Shown here piece by piece: positions 60,565-64,000 of a stretch of 64,000 bases of DNA. The translations under genes and the position numbers were made by a program. Positions within the stretch are counted from its first letter, which is position 1, and each line of letters opens with the position of its first letter. The DNA is taken from contig NIVC01000137.1 in the NCBI GenBank assembly GCA_002269645.1, positions 62,001 through 126,000 of the forward strand. The letters run 5' to 3'. Origin of the DNA: Macrostomum lignano (lineage: Eukaryota). The notes below the pieces were generated by a model. It was not told the origin of the DNA and made no database searches. It saw only the letters and a program-made list of their open reading frames with translations.

Positions 60565-63500
60565 CAGTCAGGCAGTATGAAAGTCTGCAACTCACTCGCA
60601 GCCGAGCCGAGCCTTCTTCTTGGCAGGCGGCATGAAGAAGGAGAACAGCATGGAGATGCCCTGGGTGATCATGGTCACCTCCAGCTTGTGCTTCTCCTAC
60701 AAATAAGAAATCAATAACGGTTGAAGCTCACACTGAGACAGTGAAGAAAATGGCCAGAGGACTAAGTGGAGACTCACCTGGAAATGATCAATCAACTGCT
60801 GCACAGTCATGTCGCCGTCAATCTCGAACCGATCCCACAGGGTGAACTCGGTGTCGTGATACTTGTGCTTGGCAGGCGGCAGCGGCTCGGAGAAGGCGAA
60901 GAACGGGTGCGCCAGATTCAAGAAGCCGTTCTTGTAGTCCTCGAGCTTCTGGCGACCCTGCAGCAGTTTGTAGAGCTCCAGACAGACCAGGCCGACAGCT
61001 ACGGAGGTTGTGGTGGCGATCGCGGGCACAATGCGGCCGGCAATGAGTTTAGTCTTGTGCCGGTCGGCCTGCTCAATATCGTAGTTGGCCGCCCTCAGGT
61101 TGCTGCAAGCGGTAATAAAATCCATGTGATAGTTCGAGTCGTCGTCTTTCTCGAATTCCACCACTCGGACGGAGTCGGCGAGGCCGGAGGCGGCGAACTG
61201 CGACTTGGCTTCGAGCAGATCCTTGGCCAGACTGTCCAGCGCGTCCGGCTCGGTCGAGGAGGACACAGACAGCTGGCTCTGCAGCTCCGTGTCGTTGGTT
61301 GCTATGCGGACGCCCGACCGGGGCACGAACTCGGGCACGCGGATGGAACCGGCCAGCTGGCCGATGGCTTTGCGATCGCCGTAAGCCCCGGGGACGCCGA
61401 ACACGAAAGCGCGAAGGTTGGCGGCGGCGGTGACGAACTCGCAGTGGGTCGGGTCGGCCGCGTTGAAGGACAGCGGAGTTGGGCACTTCTTCACGCCGCT
61501 CCAGAACGGGGCGCCCGATGAGGTCACCTGAGGGTATTGTGGGGTAGATGGGGTCACCTGAGGACATTTTGGGGTAGATGGGGTCACCTGAGGACATTGT
61601 GGGGTAGATGGGGTCACCTGAGGACATTGTGGGGTAGATGGGGTCACCTGAGGACATTGTGGGGTAGATGGGGTCACCTGAGGACATTGTGGGGTAGATG
61701 GGGTCACCTGAGGACATTGTGGACTAGATGGGGTCACATGAGGAAATCGAGGGGTAGAGATAGGGTTACCTGAGGGCGTTACCACGCAGGGGGTTGGGGT
61801 CAATTGAGTGCAGAAGTCTTCTATAACGGATGGTCACACCATGGTACTGAGGTCAACCAAGGTTGACACCAATTAAAACCGCACAAACCTGGGTAGGCGG
61901 AAAGTTGAACAACAGCTGCCGAATCTGATTGTTAAAGATCTCTTCAAACTGCATCCTGGCCCAGGCGATGCAGTCGGCAAAATCTTTCGGCCGCTTGTCC
62001 AACAGGTTGGTCTTGATGGCCTCCAGCGTCTCAATGCCCTGGTTGCCGGGCAGGGCCAGTGTTCGCTCCATGAATGTGGGATCGTGAAGGAACTGGTGCA
62101 GAGTCTGCGACTGTTGGCAGAACACGCCCTCCAGGTAATCCCTGGGTGAAAAGGTGAAAAATAAAACTGGTGGCTTAAAGGCTTGCCAATCATCATTTAT
62201 ATAATTTCTGATTTGAAAAGGCTCATAAAATTACAGAAAGGGCACCCTTAATAATAAAAAATGACACCCACGATCGTATAATTATGAAAAATGGCACCTA
62301 TGATTATGAAAAATGGCACCTGTGATTATGAAAAATGGCACCTGTGATTATGAAAAATGGCACCCGTGATTATGAAAAATGGCACCTATGATTATGAAAA
62401 ATGGCACCTGTGATTATGGAAAATGACACCTATAATTATGGAAAAGGTCACCTGTGATTATGAAAAATGGCACCTGTGATTATGAAAAATGGCACCTGTG
62501 ATTATGAAAAATGGCACCTACAATCGTATGATTATGAAAAATGACACCTATAATTAAGAAAAATGGCACCTGTGATTATGAAAAATGGAAACTTTAGTCA
62601 TGAAAAATGGCACCTGTGATTATGAAAAATGGCACCCTGATTATGAAAAATGGCACCTGTGATTATGAAAAACGGCACCTGTGATTATGAAAAATGGCAC
62701 CTATTATTATGGAAAATGGCACCTGTGATTATGAAAAATGGCACCTGACTATCAGAAATGGCACCTGTGATTATGAAAAACGGCACCTGTGATTATGAAA
62801 AATGGCACCTATTATTATGGAAAATGGCACCTGTGATTATGAAAAATGGCACCCTGATTATGAAAAATGGCACCCGTGATTATGAAAAACGGCACCTGTG
62901 ATTATGAAAAATGGCACCTATTATTATGGAAAATGGCACCTGTGATTATGAAAAATGGCACCTGACTATGAGAAATGGCACCTGTGATTATAAAAAAACG
63001 GCAACTCACCTAGCCCACTGAATAGTGTGCTCAATCTGGTAAGGAAAATTCTTCAGAGTACAAATTGGCGTGGTTTTCTCCGGCGGATCCTGCGAGCTGC
63101 TGTAGGACTCGGTGAGAAACGGCAGCACAACCTGAGTGTTAGCCTTGGTCCCTGTGGTGCCCGACTCCATCAGCGGCTTCCTATAATAAACACAACGCCG
63201 ATCAACGTAGGTCCTGGCCTCGACATTGTCCAATGCGTTGACAACAACGGTGAGGTTTTCAAAGAAATCATCGGTATAGATGGCCTCGGTCTCTGGGCCG
63301 ACTCGATTCTCCTGCGATTCGACTTGGAAATTCGGATTCATTCTGATGGCAGCTTTGGCGGCAGTTGTGGACTTGGCGCGGCCAATGTCCCAGGGCCGGA
63401 ACAGGAACTGCCGGTTCAGATTGCTCTTCTCGATCCGGTCCATGTCGGTGACGATCACCTGACCGCCCCGGCTGCCCGTGCCGATGCCCATCAGGGCGAA

Positions 63501-63569
63501 GTTTTTCAACAGCTCGCAGCCCAGAGCGCCTGCGCCAACCAGGAACACTCGGGCGGAGCCGAGGCGAGA
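60223..63569 (-). CDS. UBA1: Ubiquitin-activating enzyme E1, 3' part; exons 63010-63569, 61889-62141, 60778-61527, 60596-60696, 60223-60364; 5' exons lie beyond the window
   Basis: [39 protein letters not shown] (catalytic Cys), [28 protein letters not shown]-terminal UFD ending DVDVPYVKY. Phases are consistent. Confidence 0.97.
61519..61775. repeat. 30-bp minisatellite spanning the UBA1 acceptor junction
   Basis: Minus-strand unit ATGTCCTCAG|GTGACCCCATCTACCCCACA. Confidence 0.93.
62275..63000. repeat. 22-bp minisatellite GATTATGAAAAATGGCACCTGT in a UBA1 intron
   Basis: Tandem units. Confidence 0.96.
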
Positions 63570-63599
63570 CTGAAGTGAGTTGTTGGAGGGGGAGGGGAG

Positions 63600-63930
63600 T
63601 AATGCATTTGGGCAATAGAGGATTAATGACACCTGTCATTTAGGGATTAATGCATTTGGGCAATAGAGGATTAATGACACCTGTCATTTAGGGATTAATG
63701 CATTTGGGCAATAGAGGATTAATGACACCTGTCATTTAGGGATTAATGCATTTGGGCAATAGAGGATTAATGACACCTGTCATTTAGGGATTAATGCATT
63801 TGGGCAATAGAGGATTAATGACACCTGCCATTTGGGGATTAATGCATTTGGGCAATAGAGGATTAATGACACCTGTCATTTAGGGATTAATGAATTTAAA
63901 ATAGAGGATTAATGACACCTGCCATTTGGG
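63600..63930. repeat. 48-bp minisatellite in a UBA1 intron
   Basis: CAATAG recurs at 63613 and 63661. Confidence 0.95.
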
Positions 63931-64000
63931 GGCTAACTATTTCACAATTACGAGCTAATGACACTAAGCCATTTAGAGTAGGGCGAATGCTTATAGATGT

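Noticed and set aside
1074-63000. Many other repeat-derived ORFs (WCWRPLVLAP, MLLLCCCYAV, RRFT, MIPLISL, CLSV, LGQPPRSS, etc.)
   Set aside because: Each coincides exactly with a tandem array, mostly inside introns of the modelled genes.

Overview
This is metazoan genomic DNA: GT-AG introns, GC-rich exons, and introns and intergenic regions full of unrelated minisatellites. That architecture suggests a free-living flatworm such as Macrostomum, which is an inference and was not tested. Most ORFs in the supplied track are artefacts of tandem repeats. I hand-spliced 10 protein-coding genes: adenosine deaminase (+, 3 exons), a secreted galactose-binding/F-lectin-like protein (-, 3 exons), a DEG/ENaC channel (-, 13 exons), a Pro/Tyr/Gly-rich protein with a beta-trefoil-like domain (+), DGK-epsilon (+), TMEM17 (+, intronless), a SETD4-like methyltransferase (+), a membrane-anchored dynamin/EHD-like GTPase (+), SLC35F5 (+) and the 3' half of UBA1 (-). 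The ORF track misses a multi-exon non-coding host gene (~38.2-42.7 kb) carrying 13 intronic box C/D snoRNAs: six 18S-Am99 (U57/snR51-type) guides, six 28S-C2948 (snR69-type) guides and one 18S-U578/U627-type guide. One host intron also holds an unexplained structured ~400-nt element with a telomerase-RNA-like layout; this is speculative. Mobile elements are a decayed maT/mariner transposase, a ~1 kb non-LTR insertion with a 15-bp TSD, a 33-bp TIR-only hAT remnant and a probable MITE. No rRNA, tRNA or CRISPR array was found.
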